NCBI RefSeq assembly: GCF_006345805.1
Contig: NC_043007.1
Coordinates: 51,708,001-51,772,000 of the forward strand
DNA length: 64,000 bases
Direction: 5' to 3'
DNA from: Octopus sinensis
Lineage: Eukaryota
The translations under genes were made by a program, and so were the position numbers. The notes beneath the pieces were generated by a model that ran no database searches, was not told where the DNA came from, and worked only from the letters and a program-made list of their open reading frames with translations. Shown here in pieces: positions 37,985 through 52,342 of the stretch (position 1 is its first letter; every line of letters begins with the position of its first letter).

Positions 37985-38400
37985 GGGGCGGTCGTGGCTG
38001 TGTGGTAAGAAATTTGCTTCCCAAACACATGGTATCTTGGGTAAGTGTCTTCTACTACGGCCACGGGCTGACCAAAGCCTTGTGAACAGATTTGGTAGAT
38101 GGAAACTGAAATTCTGTCATATACATAAATGTGTGTGCGCGCGCGCGCATGTGTTCGTGTGTGCGCGCGCGCATATGTGTGTGTGTGTGTGTGTGTGTTT
38201 ATCCCCTACCACCGCTTGACAACCGATGGTGGTGTTTTTACGCCCCCACTACTTAGCGATTCGGAAAGATATACTGATAGAATAAGTACCAGGTTTTAAA
38301 AATTATAAGTATTAGGTTTGATAAATTCGAACAAAATTCCTCAAGGCGGTGCTGTAGCATGGCTAATCTAATGACTGAAACAAGTAAAAATTTAAAAATA
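37985..38400 (+). mobile_element. SINE (abundant family) with internal (GT)n
   Basis: gtggctgtgtggtaagaa...ccaaagccttgtgaac...cgcttgacaaccgatg...gactgaaacaagtaaaa. Confidence 0.75.
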
Positions 38401-38941
38401 AAAGATACACCCGTATATAAAATTTAGATATCGCAGCAAAGAGCATGTCCATTAGTTATTTCTAATAAACTACTTATTTCATAATACATGGCGTAATCAC
38501 AAGACCCAAAGAGGAGAATTATAGATGCTCAATTTAGAGTAGACTTTGCTAGCCATTGCAATTGTGCTGAAAACCAGGCCCTAAAGGACGTTACATTTTG
38601 AAGGCCTCAATATCCTAATAACGCGGAAAATATCGCTCAAGTACCTTGATGTTATTGGCAGACAAATATGAATTTGATGTACTTGATCTACTAAAGCCAA
38701 TTAAAAACAGAGGTTCCTGGTGAGGGTTAGTGAATCGCTTCCCCTTTGCGACAACTTACAGGAGGTTATTTTTAGTTTTGCTCTATAAAATAGAGGTTTA
38801 AGACTTCTCGAAAAAATACGGTAATAATGGCCTAAAGTTCCCGATACCTAACTAGCTCCAGTTAGGTTTAAAAATATATGATTATTCAGCTATATTTATC
38901 CTTCATTAGTAAATCATCTCAAGGTAACATGTGTACCACTA

Positions 38942-39040
<99 letters not shown>

Positions 39041-39315
39041 TATATATATATACACCCACATATATATATATATACATATGTATACATATATTAATATATA
39101 TATATATATATATATATATCTATTATATATATAATATATATATATTATATATATAATATATATATATGTGAAATAGAAAGATGAATAATCTTGTAGTAGA
39201 TTAATCAAAAGTTTAACCGATACTTAGTAGCAAAAATCACAGCAGTAAACAGCACGGTTGGAGGTACAACCATATGGTGTTGCAACCGTGCGTTGGTGCG
39301 GATAATTGAAATTAA

Positions 39316-39602
39316 AACATTATTGGTGAATTGAAGAAATGGAGCTGAACGCAGATTGAACAGAAATCGTTTTATTTCATTCTACACGTTTTCGAAAGGC
39401 ACAAATTACCAAAATCCGATTGAATAATGGGACCATATTGTGTTTCCTCCTATTTCCTATTTTCTTCTGAAGAGAAAGACACAATATGGTCCCATTATTC
39501 AATCGGATTTTGGTAATTTGTGCCTTTCGAACACGTGTAGATGAAATAAAACGATTCTGTTCAATCTGCGTTCAGCTCCATTTCTTCAATTCACCAATAA
39601 TG

Positions 39603-39604
<2 letters not shown>
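39316..39604. repeat. ~127-bp-arm inverted repeat containing a lesioned HHR
   Basis: 39316-39443 vs 39479-39604; CTGAAGA..GAAAG/CTTTC..GAAC-ACGT-GTA on the plus strand. Confidence 0.85.
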
Positions 39605-39637
<33 letters not shown>

Positions 39638-39930
39638 ACGGCTTAGAGCCGTTTACTCAGCATGCAGGAATTGAACACTTATTTTGTATATCTGTACCTA
39701 CCTCTGAAGAGATTCGACTTTCAAATAATTTTTAATTTAATTAATTGATTTTCTATTTTGTCTACTCATCTTGTTATAATAAATAAACATACATAAACAC
39801 CGGTTTATATAGTTACTTTGCTGTTGAGTATTGAATGTAATGTCCGATATAGGTATATAGTATAGGTAACTAACCGGTTCTTTCATAGCATTTTGCTATC
39901 CCTGAATGAGGTTTGTAATCTTTAATTGTG

Positions 39931-39977
<47 letters not shown>

Positions 39978-39985
39978 ATACACAT

Positions 39986-40017
<32 letters not shown>

Positions 40018-40802
40018 AACACACAAAAACACAAAATACACACTGTACCTCTCATCAAATGTCGACCAAATATCATTACAATTTTGACACCTTCCGACCA
40101 TATTGTTCCAATTGCTGTTACCTGGCTAGGACGAGGGATACAACGAACGGACATGTACAGAGAAAATGTTGGGAGAAGGTCATTGGAAGTAAAAACGAGT
40201 TAGGGGAAGTTGGGAAAAATACGAAATATATACGTAGACATGCGCACACACATATACGCGCGCGTTCACACACCCAAACGTATAGACATGTTTATGTGCA
40301 TACATATACATGTATATATGTATATGCATTATGTGAACATGCATGTATATTTATAAGAGTGCATACTTGTGGGGATGACTATTCATAGGAAAATTTATAC
40401 AACTGAACTTAGGAGATTACATTTTAATTCATCTTAAATCCAAAGCAGTTCACAAAAAAGTTTAATGAAAACCTTTCCGAATACTTTTAGATATTTCTGG
40501 CCTGCGATAAAAGTCTCCAGTTAATAACAATGACAAGCAAAAACATATGAGACAATATTCTAAATTAAATATGTTTGTTAGTGATCAAGCAGAACAAACA
40601 AACGAACTTTTCTATGTACGATGACGTAGGCAATGGACCACAAATCGACCAAAATCAGGGAGATGTACCGAAATAATGGAATTAGTATGCAACAGGAGTC
40701 TGTGGATAATCTGGAAGGAAATACGAGGGGTTTTATCTATAGACAACAGGACAGCTCTAAACTCACCGCAGTACATTTTAATTCATTCTGTGCATGTCTA
40801 TA

Positions 40803-40845
<43 letters not shown>

Positions 40846-41020
40846 CGTGTGTGTGTGTGTATGTGTGTGCGTGTGTGTGTATGTAAATCTATGTAAATGT
40901 GTGTATAGATAGATGAGACAGAGATAGATAGATATATAGGTTGTTAATGCATATTGTGTATAGGGAGGTGAAAAAGAAAGGATGCCCAAGTGAATAAATT
41001 GTGTAGATAAATCATTCTTA

Positions 41021-41312
41021 CCACTATAGGCACAATGCCTGAATTTGTGTGTGTGTGTGTGGGTGGAGATAGTCGATTACATTGACTCCCGTGTTCAACT
41101 GGTACTTAATTTATTGACCCCGAAAGGATGAAAGGCAAAGTCGACCTAGGCGGAATTTGAACTCAGAACGTAGCGGCAGATGAAATACCTATTTCTTTAC
41201 TACCCACAAGGGGCTAAACATAGAGAGGAATTTGAACTCAGAACGTAACGGCAGACGAAATACGGCTAAGCATTTCGCCCGGCGTGCTAACGTTTCTGCC
41301 AGCTCGCCGCCT
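41021..41312 (-). mobile_element. tRNA-headed SINE (second family)
   Basis: Minus head ggcggcgagctggcagaaacgttagcacg...ttctgagttcaaattcc, then gtcgactttgcctttcatcctttcggggtc; also at 57121-57401 (-) and 53520-53681 (+). Confidence 0.8.
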
Positions 41313-41920
41313 TTGTACAGATAAATATTGAAACACATATATTAATACTGCTGAAAGATATTAATATTCTAATAGAGTTCCGGTTGAATACACGTTTTAA
41401 TTGAAATTTTACAATTTTCTTTTATTCCGTTGAAATAATTTTCAAATATTTTTTCCCTTTACGCCAAATACATCAACATCCTGTGGTAATAGTGATGGGG
41501 ATAGCGGTGGAGGTGGTAGTGATGGTACTGCTGCTTCTGTTATTGTTAGTGATAACGTGTACGACAACGACGATGATATGATCATGGTTGTACCTGTGGT
41601 GATATCAACTAATAGTGAGTATACCGTTGTTATTTATGTCTCTTCATTAGTTACATAGGTCTGGAAATATATTTCGAGTATTTTAATATATTTAAGTAGG
41701 TATATGTGTGTGCAGCAGAGAGAGGGAGAGAAAGAGAAAAAGAGAGAGAGAAAAAGAGAGTGAGAAAGAGAGAGAGAGGGAGAGAGAGAGGGGAAGGAAA
41801 CTAAATACAGATAACTAGTTACATACTAATTCATACATGCAGACTTAATTCACACATGCAGATTTAGTTACATAAATACATGCATTCATTTAGACACACT
41901 CACACACACATACACGTATA

Positions 41921-41968
<48 letters not shown>

Positions 41969-42257
41969 GGACGTTATACAGCATTGAGGATGACTTGTCA
42001 TTGCACCAATTTTTTCGCCAATTCTTTCAAGTATCTATGTAAATGCAGATTTTTCTCTACCTCCACCTCATCCTTGACCCAGTGACCTATCCAGGGTATG
42101 ACAGTTGAACTGGACATTGCTACACTAACACCGGTCTGGTACACATTTCAGGTGAGTACAGTGGAATAACGTAGAATGAAGTACCTTGCTAAATAGCATA
42201 ACACACGCGCGCGTATATATTATGCACGTATATAATAATACGTGTATGAAGGGATGT

Positions 42258-42290
<33 letters not shown>

Positions 42291-42291
<1 letters not shown>

Positions 42292-42687
42292 CTTTATATA
42301 AAAGTGAAGTTGTGTGTCTGTCTCCTACGATTTAGATTCCTAACTACTCCCACATTTTGCGGTGCAGTTTAACCAAAACCGGGTATCTTATAGTCGTGAT
42401 TCATATCGAGCCCTTCTGGGTATTAGTGCGCGTCTACGATGAGTCTACGATTTAAAAAAAAGTTTACCATCATTTTTTCCCATTTTTAATGCATTTCTTT
42501 CGTTATTATATCAGGGAAGTAACTCTCTAAAAATGTCTACGATGAGTCAACGATTTTTAAAAAAATTTACCATCATTTTTTTTTCCATTTTTAATGCATT
42601 TTTTTGCAATTTTTTGGCTAAACTCTCTAAAAATGCTTATATAGTTATTTCCCTTACAAACCCGAGCAACGCCGGGCGATACTGCCA

Positions 42688-42688
<1 letters not shown>
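42291..42688 (+). mobile_element. Helitron-like non-autonomous element
   Basis: A|TCTTTATATAAAAG 5' end like 23834; 3' CCCG-N8-CGGG hairpin then CCAG|T (CTAG variant); internal ~95-bp tandem duplication. Confidence 0.7.
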
Positions 42689-42734
<46 letters not shown>

Positions 42735-42832
42735 ATATAACGGAAGCTTTATGAAATAACAAAAGACGAAGGTAGGTGAGTACAAACAAACAATTGTATT
42801 AGTATGGCGCTCAGGAATATAAATAAAACAAG

Positions 42833-42870
42833 TCTTTTACGTTTCGAGCCTACGCTCTTCAACAGAAAGA
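42833..42870 (-). ncRNA. Minimal hammerhead-like fold with CUGUUGA core in the Penelope pLTR
   Basis: TCTTT-CTGTTGA-A-GAG/CTC-GAAAC-GTA^-AAAGA; sense to the Penelope ORF; relatives at ~3640-3676 and ~16218-16256. Confidence 0.55.
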
Positions 42871-43918
42871 TACACAGAAAAGAAACACGGAGAGAAACAA
42901 GGAGAGAAAAAATGCGTGCAGAAGCTAGCGATTCAACATGGCGATCTGATTCCGGCCAGAAGTCAGAGATCAAACGTGAGACGCAAGAGCGAAAATAGGG
43001 GAGATAACAGGGTCAAATGACTTCGCCCCAACATAAGGGTGCGTGTGTGTATGAGAGAGTATGTATGATGTGATATGTAATGTCGCATGGTGTAGTGTAG
43101 AGAGAGGAGATGAGGGGGAGAGGGGAGGGGATGAGGGAGGAGATGAGGGGAAGGGAAGAGGAGGGGGAAGTGGGGGAGAAGGAAAGAGGAGAAGAGGAGG
43201 GGGAGGGAGAACGGAAAGGTGAGGGGGGGGGGGGGAGATGAGGGGAGGGGATAAGGAAAGAAGGAGGGTAAGGGGGATATGAGATGGGGAGGGGTGGGGA
43301 GAGGGGGGAGAAGGAAAGAGGAGAAGTGGGGGGAGGAGGGAGGAGGAGGGGAGGGGGAGAAGGAAGGAGAGGAGAAGAGGAGGGGGATGGGAAAGGAGGG
43401 GAGAGGAGGAGGGGAGAATAGGGGGTGGGGGAGATAGAAGGGGAGTGAGGGAGCAGAGAGAAAGAGAGAAGGGGAAGAGGGAAGAGGAAAGAGAAAAGAA
43501 GAGGAGGGAAGAAGGAAAGAGGAGGGAAAGAGAGTAGAGGTGAAAAGATGAAGGACTGAAGAGAAGTAGGTGTCGGGTGGGAGTTTAGATGAGGAGGGGG
43601 GAGAGTTGAGACCAAATGGCGTAAAAGAGCGAAGAGAGAAGATTAATCCCTGTTCACGGCGCAAACGGGAGCCCGGATGGCCTCTGTGCAAGGACAAACC
43701 GAATACAGACAGGTGTTGCAAGGAGTGACCGGTGGAGCGGAAATGGCGTGAGACCGGTGTGTCGTTGGCAAGGCGGATGTCACGGAGGTGTTCCGCGAAC
43801 CGGTCAGCCAAGCGGCGTCCCGTTTGTCCGATGTACAGGGAATGGAAGAGAGAGCAAGAGATGCAATAGATGATATTGCTGGAGGTGCAGGTGAAGGAGT
43901 TGATGATGCGATAGGGTC

Positions 43919-44277
43919 ATCATCATCATCATTGTTCGACCGTGGTCGAGACAATGGAATTTACTATGTTACGCCAGACTTCAAGGTCCATCATAGCATT
44001 ACGGAGGTCCTGTTGCTGGATGCCTGTATCCCTGGAGATTACATCAGGGTAGGAGAGTGTGCGCCCTCTGGTATTGCGAGTAGATGGCTTCCAGAGGAGA
44101 AGAGTAGAAATTACTTCTTTTTCAGCTCTACAACAATGTCCAGCAAACTGGACTCTCCTACCTTTCACAAGAGATGACACAGGTGGTAATTTCCCATATA
44201 TTTGCATTTTGGTTGGATGGCGCTTCCATGAGAGATTTTGAGCTCTCATAAGGAGGCGAGTGTAGGTTCCATCCAAC
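43919..44277 (-). mobile_element. RTE-clade LINE 3' fragment nested in the Penelope element
   Basis: LDGTYTRLLMRAQNLSWKRH..RRVQFAGHC..WRNIV C-terminus, (TGA)n tail, 10-bp TSD CGATAGGGTC at 43909-43918 and 44278-44287. Confidence 0.9.
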
Positions 44278-45465
44278 CGATAGGGTCGATGATGGGTGCC
44301 AGTGAGGAGGGTGGTGTTGGAGAGGTATGGGCAAGTGCGGCAACGTGGGCGGGAGCAGGGGAACGAGCCAGGTTGGGAGGTAGGGTCAGGGAAGGAGCTA
44401 TGGACCAAAAGGTCTCGTAGGTTATGTGCTCGTTTGAAGGAGGGGAGGGGTCGGTTAGGGAAGAGGTGTGAAGTGGACGGGTCGGACTGGAGATGCCGGA
44501 AAGCTCGAAGAATGGTGCGTTGGAGAGGTAGGGTCGTGGGGTAGTAAGTGAGGGGAAAAGGGAGGCGGGAGACTACAGGGCGGGTTCGGGAGGAGAGAGC
44601 AGATGCACGGTATACGCAACGTGCTCTGGCAAGGGCGGTGTGGATAATGGTGAGGGGGTATCCACGTAGGATGAAGTGGCGAGCCATGCGTTGGAGACTG
44701 AGTCTCAAAGTCATGGTCGTCACTACGTAGACGGAGGAATTGGGTGAGGAGATGGAAGCTTGGTTTGTTTTGGGTGAGGAAGAGAAGTTTAGGTATGATG
44801 TGAGTCGTATGTTTGTAGTGAATGGAGGTGGTAAGAGTGGAGTGATGAATGCTGACCAAAATGTCGAGGAAGGAGACAGAGGTGTTGGAGATAGTGGAAG
44901 TGAAGTGGAGGGCAGGATGGAAGGATTGAACGAAAGAGAGGAAGGAATCTAGATGTTCACGGGAGAGTGAGGTGGCACCGATAATGTCGTCAATGTAACG
45001 ACCGTATAGTTCGGGAGTGGGACCAGTGAAATTAGAGAATATTTGGGCCTCAACATAGCCAATGAACAGGTTCGCATAGTTGGGGCCCATTCGCGTTCCC
45101 ATGGCCACTCCCGAGACCTATTGGTAGAACTCGCCCGCGAACGAGAAGCAGTTAAGAGAAAGGACAAGTTCGGCCAGACGAATGAGTGTGGAGGTGTCGG
45201 GTTCGGGGTTGGGGCGGAGGTCGAGAAAGTGTTGAAGTGCCAGCAGCCCTTCGTGGTGAGGGATGACGGTATAGAGGCTCTGGATGTCCATTGTAAAAAG
45301 TATTTTGGAGGAGCCGGGAAGAAAGGAGAAAGAGTTGAACAGCCGGAGAGCATGGTTGGTGTCGTAGATGTTGGAGGGAAAAGACGCCACTAGGGGGGCA
45401 AGGACACGGTCGAGGTATTTTGAGATGAGCTCCGTGGGGCAGTTTCAGGCGGAGACGATGGGGCG

Positions 45466-45592
<127 letters not shown>

Positions 45593-45810
45593 CGAGGCTA
45601 GGTACTGAAAAGTTTCTGGCTTTGGGTAAAAGAAAATATAGGAGTATCAGCTGATTTGTGATTTTTTCACATATTCCCTTATCAATTCACATAGTTGTTG
45701 TAGCGATTCTTCAGTTTTTCTAAGCCTTGTAACAGAGCTCGAAAGTTTGAACCTTCAACCGCGTCTTTTGCGATATTCTTAAAGCCAGGAACTTTTCAGT
45801 ACCCGCTTCT
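45593..45810. mobile_element. mariner-derived MITE
   Basis: TA|CGAGG start; 23-bp inverted repeat ggtactgaaaagtt(t/c)ctggcttt at 45601-45623 and 45781-45803. Confidence 0.7.
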
Positions 45811-48104
45811 TTATATACAAATACACGTGAACACGGACGAACACACATAAACACACACACATATAACATGATTAAGGTAGCTTGACGCAATTTAAAACCA
45901 AAAGGAAAAAAGTTCACCATCACTAAAAGTGACCAAGGGTGAGCGTAACGCTAGCATTGCTAGAAACAAGAGCCAAAAACTCTTTATCCATGTGCAAAGC
46001 ACAGTTCTATATATTGACAAGGGAGACAACCTTCCCACAACAAGCGAGGGCATCAGATTGGTATGCCAATTTCGCATGAAATTAATGCTCATCGATGATG
46101 CTACTCCATTGCACCATATACAATGTAACTATCACTGAATACGATAGTTCTCAATAAAATATTCAATATTCATAATTTAATGGGGGAAAATTTGATATTC
46201 ACTATTTAATTTTCTGTTTATCCATACACACCGGAAAATAATAAAGTACGAGCCACATTGATTCATACTTATCTCCTATATTTCTAGTTAGCTTTTTTAA
46301 TATTCCATACATAAAACTTTAAGTCTGGTGAAATATTTGCTGTGTCATTCGTGGGTTACTTAATCATAGATTCAGCCATGTTTCTTGATAGATGGTATGA
46401 TGTATCACAAAAGATTTTTGCATCTCGTAATAGTCTCGTATTGTATTGCGTGACTCCAAAGAAACTAAGTATAAATATCAAGACAGCACAACACTGCACT
46501 ATGAAACAGAACTAATTAACATCTGCAGAACAATACCATTATCTCGTATTACCCCTTGTTACATTTCTATACACTAAGAATATTCACATTGTTCAATATT
46601 AGATTGATATAAACCATGATGTAATGTCATATACCATTATATACCACTAGATAACGATTTAACGCCGTCAGTTGTTACATATACTGCCATGAGCTAGAAT
46701 CGAACTTGTATTCTCAACTACGCATACAAATATTTTGATATGCTCCTATACGCCATGTCACGTGTCAATATGACTGATGACTGATGGTATGTGATATGTT
46801 CATGATAGATACAGACCTGCTATATGGATGGGTAAGGAAGGCAGTGGTTACGTTGGCTGTTAAGGGATGGAGGTGATCAAATGTACTAGAGTCGGATGGT
46901 GATGGCAATGAGAGTAGTAGTAGCAGTAGCAGTAGTAGTAGTGAGAGTAGGGGCGAATGTTGTGGTTGTTCTGAGGCATGTAGTGATGATGATGATGATG
47001 ATGATGGGGAGGAGGAGGAGGAAGAGGAGGAGGATATTGCAGTCTGATAGTGAGAGCGGGGACACGGAATTTAGGGTGAAGTGGAGACAGGCGCGAGGGC
47101 AAATAATACGTAAGAGGAAGATAACCGTTTAGCCACGAGGTCGTTGAAGCAAACAGCTAAGCAACTAGTTCTAGTTTATGGTTGGAAAAAATTTGTTCAA
47201 ATACAAAAAGAGAAGGGGAGGGAGTGAGAAAAAGAGAGTCGGGGATGGGAGTGAGAAAGAGAGAGGGAGTGGGGAAAGAAGGTTATGAGAAGGGAGAGAG
47301 AAGAGAACAGAGAACAATCATGTGGCATGGTGGCGGCTGAGGCTGGTTGCTGATCCTAATCCGTTTAATGAACGGTGTGTCTGATGTCTATAACTAACCA
47401 ACTATGTAACTTAGACTAGACGTTACTGAAACAACTGATAAGGGAGTTTCGAAGTAGTTAGTGTCAATGTTTGATGGATTGAACAAAACAGACGACCGAC
47501 TGCGGAAGTAGAAGAGCGAAAATAAAAGGAAAAGTATAGCGTCACTTGATAATGGATTCTTACAACTTCCGGCCAATAACTGAAATAGGGAGGATGAAGG
47601 AGGGGAGGTATAACAGTTATAAAAAGGAGTAAGTTATATTACTTGATATAGCTTACCATATGTACTGAACGCAGTAATAAGAGTGGTAGATTAATAGTGT
47701 AGATAGATAAGTACAGACAGATATACTTAAAAAGAAACATTTGTACATACACTCATGCATGCAGAATTACCTACATATATTTATATACATAGACACAAAC
47801 ATACATATGCTCATACATAAATACATACATATATACATACACAATGAAGATATGTTTGGAAAATTCACACGTGCAAATGTACTCACACACGCATACACAC
47901 TTCATGTTGGTTGGTGTGTTTACGTGGTTCGGCAAAAGAGACCGATAGAATATTACCAGGCTTACAAAGAATAAGTCCAAGGGTCGAGTTCTTCGACTAA
48001 AAGGGTGTGCTCCAGCATGCCCACAGTCAAAATGATTGAAACAAATAAAAGAATATATATACATATATATATATATATTACTATATATATTATATAATAT
48101 ATAT

Positions 48105-48152
<48 letters not shown>

Positions 48153-48264
48153 TAATTATATATATAATTTCAGCAAAAACAATTAAGAATTCAATGAATT
48201 CAAATGAATATGGTAGGTGCACCAGGATTCTGTATGGTATTAACCATAAAATTAGGTGGGTGAT

Positions 48265-49200
<936 letters not shown>

Positions 49201-49461
49201 AGCACTTATATATATATATGACTTGTGGGCATATAACAAGCCAGCCGACATTAAAAATCTGTAGTGAGGCATCTTTACCCAATAAAAGTATAATACGAAA
49301 TCCATTCCTGTAAATTAATACTATAATCCTAACTGCCACTATGGAGTACCTGAAGTAGATCCAAGGAAAGTGTACCACGACTGCAGATGACAACAGGTAG
49401 CCTAAACTGTGCCGGTGCTCTAACACACTAATCGACTTATACATATTTCTCTAAATTATTC

Positions 49462-49510
<49 letters not shown>

Positions 49511-50039
49511 CAAAGAGAGTTAGAGGTTGTGAATCTAATCAACGACGGGATAGTATCTAGCCCATATACTGGTGGTAGTATACCAAATTATTAATACACA
49601 AGTGTTGGTTATTGCGTGGCAATTACACTATTGAGCGTAATAAATGGGCGAGGGTAAAAAGTGGTTTTACCCTAAATTTATGCGGCCAGAAGAAAATGGA
49701 ATGGATACAAAAATAGTATACTTCAACTGTTAGACATTATATTATGCCTATTTAGTTATTTTAAACAATTATAAGAATATATATGTATACATATGTAAAG
49801 TCTGTGTATTACATACTAAAGTTCCAGTAATTCCTAGAAGAAAAAAGAAAAGGAACAGTTTCTTACAGCCGTTTCTGCCAAGAAGTCACAATACCCCACA
49901 TTATTTCCATCTCTTCAGTGTTCTGTAGTGATTGGGAGATAAAATTAGAGTATTCGGTGTGCCTCTAGGCGTCATCAGAGAGTGTAAATATGTGTGTGTT
50001 AGTAAGGAGAGACATACAAAGAGGAAAGAAGAAAGCAAA

Positions 50040-50084
50040 GGACCACTGATGATGTCACAGGAGTGTGACGAAAGAACTCTGGCC
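50040..50084 (+). ncRNA. Type I hammerhead fold, intact core
   Basis: GGACCA-CTGATGA-T-GTCAC/GTGAC-GAAA-G-AA-CTC^-TGGCC. Confidence 0.65.
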
Positions 50085-50274
50085 GAAATAAGATTAAGAT
50101 TAATGTAAAAAATAGATAACACTGAAGCAAAGTAACACCAAATATATAGTGCAGTTGTTTTTTATTGGCTAAACTGGCAAAATGACCATTCCTAAATACA
50201 ACAATATCTGTTTTCAACACACGACACACGATTTCACATCAAAAATCTTGCAAAACATATATGTATATAATATA

Positions 50275-50310
<36 letters not shown>

Positions 50311-50311
50311 A

Positions 50312-50637
50312 ATGAATAATAACAGATGATGGATAATGTTAGCTCATTACAACTGCTTCTTACGCATCGTTTTAATAGATAAATGAGAACATTACTTCAT
50401 TACAAAAAACCGTAATCATCGATGAAACATAATTTTACAAACATAGTTGGCCTCGACAGACATCAGTCACAGCCCTGCTGCATTCTTGGAATATTCTTTT
50501 GTTTGTAAAATTACGTTTCATCTGATGATTAAGGTTGTTTTTTTAATGGAGTAATGTTCTCGTTCTACTATTAAAAAGATACGTAAAAGACAGTTGTAAT
50601 AAGCTGACAATTATTCATCGTCCGTTATTATTCATTT
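50312..50637. repeat. Diverged inverted repeat (~130-bp arms)
   Basis: atgaataataac/gttattattcat, gagaacattact.catt/aatggagtaatgttctc, and gaaac.taattttacaaac/gtttgtaaaattacgtttc. Confidence 0.7.
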
Positions 50638-50908
50638 GATTCTAATATACCTAGGCGATTTACTACTTGTCGGACATCCTAGAGTATACCAACAACCTTC
50701 TATTCAACGTAACGCGTGCTTTGGACCAGCCGCTAGGCGCTAAACACTCATAGGGTTGGTTTTCTTTGTGTACACAACCGGAATATCATATTTGATACTT
50801 ACCAACCACAGGCCGGAACCACGGGTTTATCCAACCCTACCTGGTGCATATCTTTTCAAGTACCTGATTCCTCTGAATCTCTATTTTACTATTTATATAC
50901 GTGTATAT

Positions 50909-51003
<95 letters not shown>

Positions 51004-51949
51004 CCATACATACATACATACATACATACATACATACATACATACATACATACATACATACATCATACACTATACATATGTGTGTATGTGTATGTAAATA
51101 TACACATACATACATACATATGAGTCTTAGTCGTTAAAAACGCTGGTGGGTGTGATGGGTCTACCGTTCCAAACAACTATACAAAATCAAGTTTTGACAC
51201 GAGGAAGGAATTGACACATACCTGAGCAAGAACAGAGCGATAGAAATCGTAGATAATTTGGTAAGAGTAAAAATAACAGCAGTTTTTCTTTTCTTCTTCT
51301 CCCAAATATCAAAACCAACATATCTCAAATATCTTATTACTAAGTAAGTAAAGTTGCTTTATTTTCTACTAAATTCTATGAGAATTCAACATTACATTTA
51401 CTTGGCGCTAAAACACATCTGCTATACATATTAACAATATCTGAATTCTCTTACGGTCACTGGTTACGGCATGGTAGAACGGTAATTCTAAGAATATTTT
51501 TTTTTCTTTCTTTTAAGGTAAAGACTAAAAATTTATTATTTTGCATATTATTTTTTTTTATTTTGAGAAATAAATAGTGAAATAATAACAGAAGAAATTT
51601 TGGGAGTGACATCGCAAAAAAGAAAGAACTCTAAAGAATTATAGGTGGATGTCTGATACTAGTTACTGTTAGTTTTTGTAAGCTACACATCGAAGTTATT
51701 CCAAGGAATCTGCTTCTGTTTATTCAGTTAAATAGTAGCGAGAGGTAATATTTACTCCTACTTAAAAATGGATGTTCTGTCAGAACAAACTTTACTGCAG
51801 TATTTACCGTGAGAGAAAATCTCCTCTCTGTATATATTGTTTTTAACAAGCTCACTAGCTAATTGCACCACCTGTGCCTGTTCAGGCACTGATTTTCTAT
51901 ATATCGAAAGCGGGGAGATGAGTTGCTGCTATCTCAAACCATCGAGTGT

Positions 51950-51996
51950 CCATCACCGATGAGACCAAGGAAGGTCGAAATCACGTTATCTGGTGG
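51950..51996 (+). ncRNA. Hammerhead-like fold, U4C core
   Basis: CCATCA-CCGATGA-GACC/GGTC-GAAA-TCACGTTATC^-TGGTGG; near-palindromic stem III; outer ggggagat/atctcccc arms. Confidence 0.5.
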
Positions 51997-52283
51997 TCTC
52001 GACGCTGGAGTTGGGGATTTATCTCCCCACTAGCGATATAAACAAGCATGCGTTCTGCACCAAAAGCATGAGTTTCTTTCATGGTATTTACTACAGTACA
52101 GTTTGTTCTAACAGAACATCCACGCTTAAATGGGAATAAATATTACTTCTCGGTATTGATACTACCTCTGTCGCTTATATATAATTTTTAAATAGTAGCA
52201 TATAAGGGCATAGAAAATACAGATGGCGTCACCTTACAGGTTATCTTAGGATTTATTATTTTCTCTGTGTGTGTGCGCTCGCA

Positions 52284-52342
<59 letters not shown>

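Noticed and set aside
42963-43560. Pro/Ser/Leu/Phe-rich extension of the 282-aa ORF
   Set aside because: Translation of a polypyrimidine low-complexity tract in the Penelope 3' UTR; only the N-terminal GIY-YIG part is real.
49862-49925. Minus-strand CTGAAGA...GAAAC-GGCT-GTA
   Set aside because: Stem I and stem II do not pair convincingly; at most a decayed relic.
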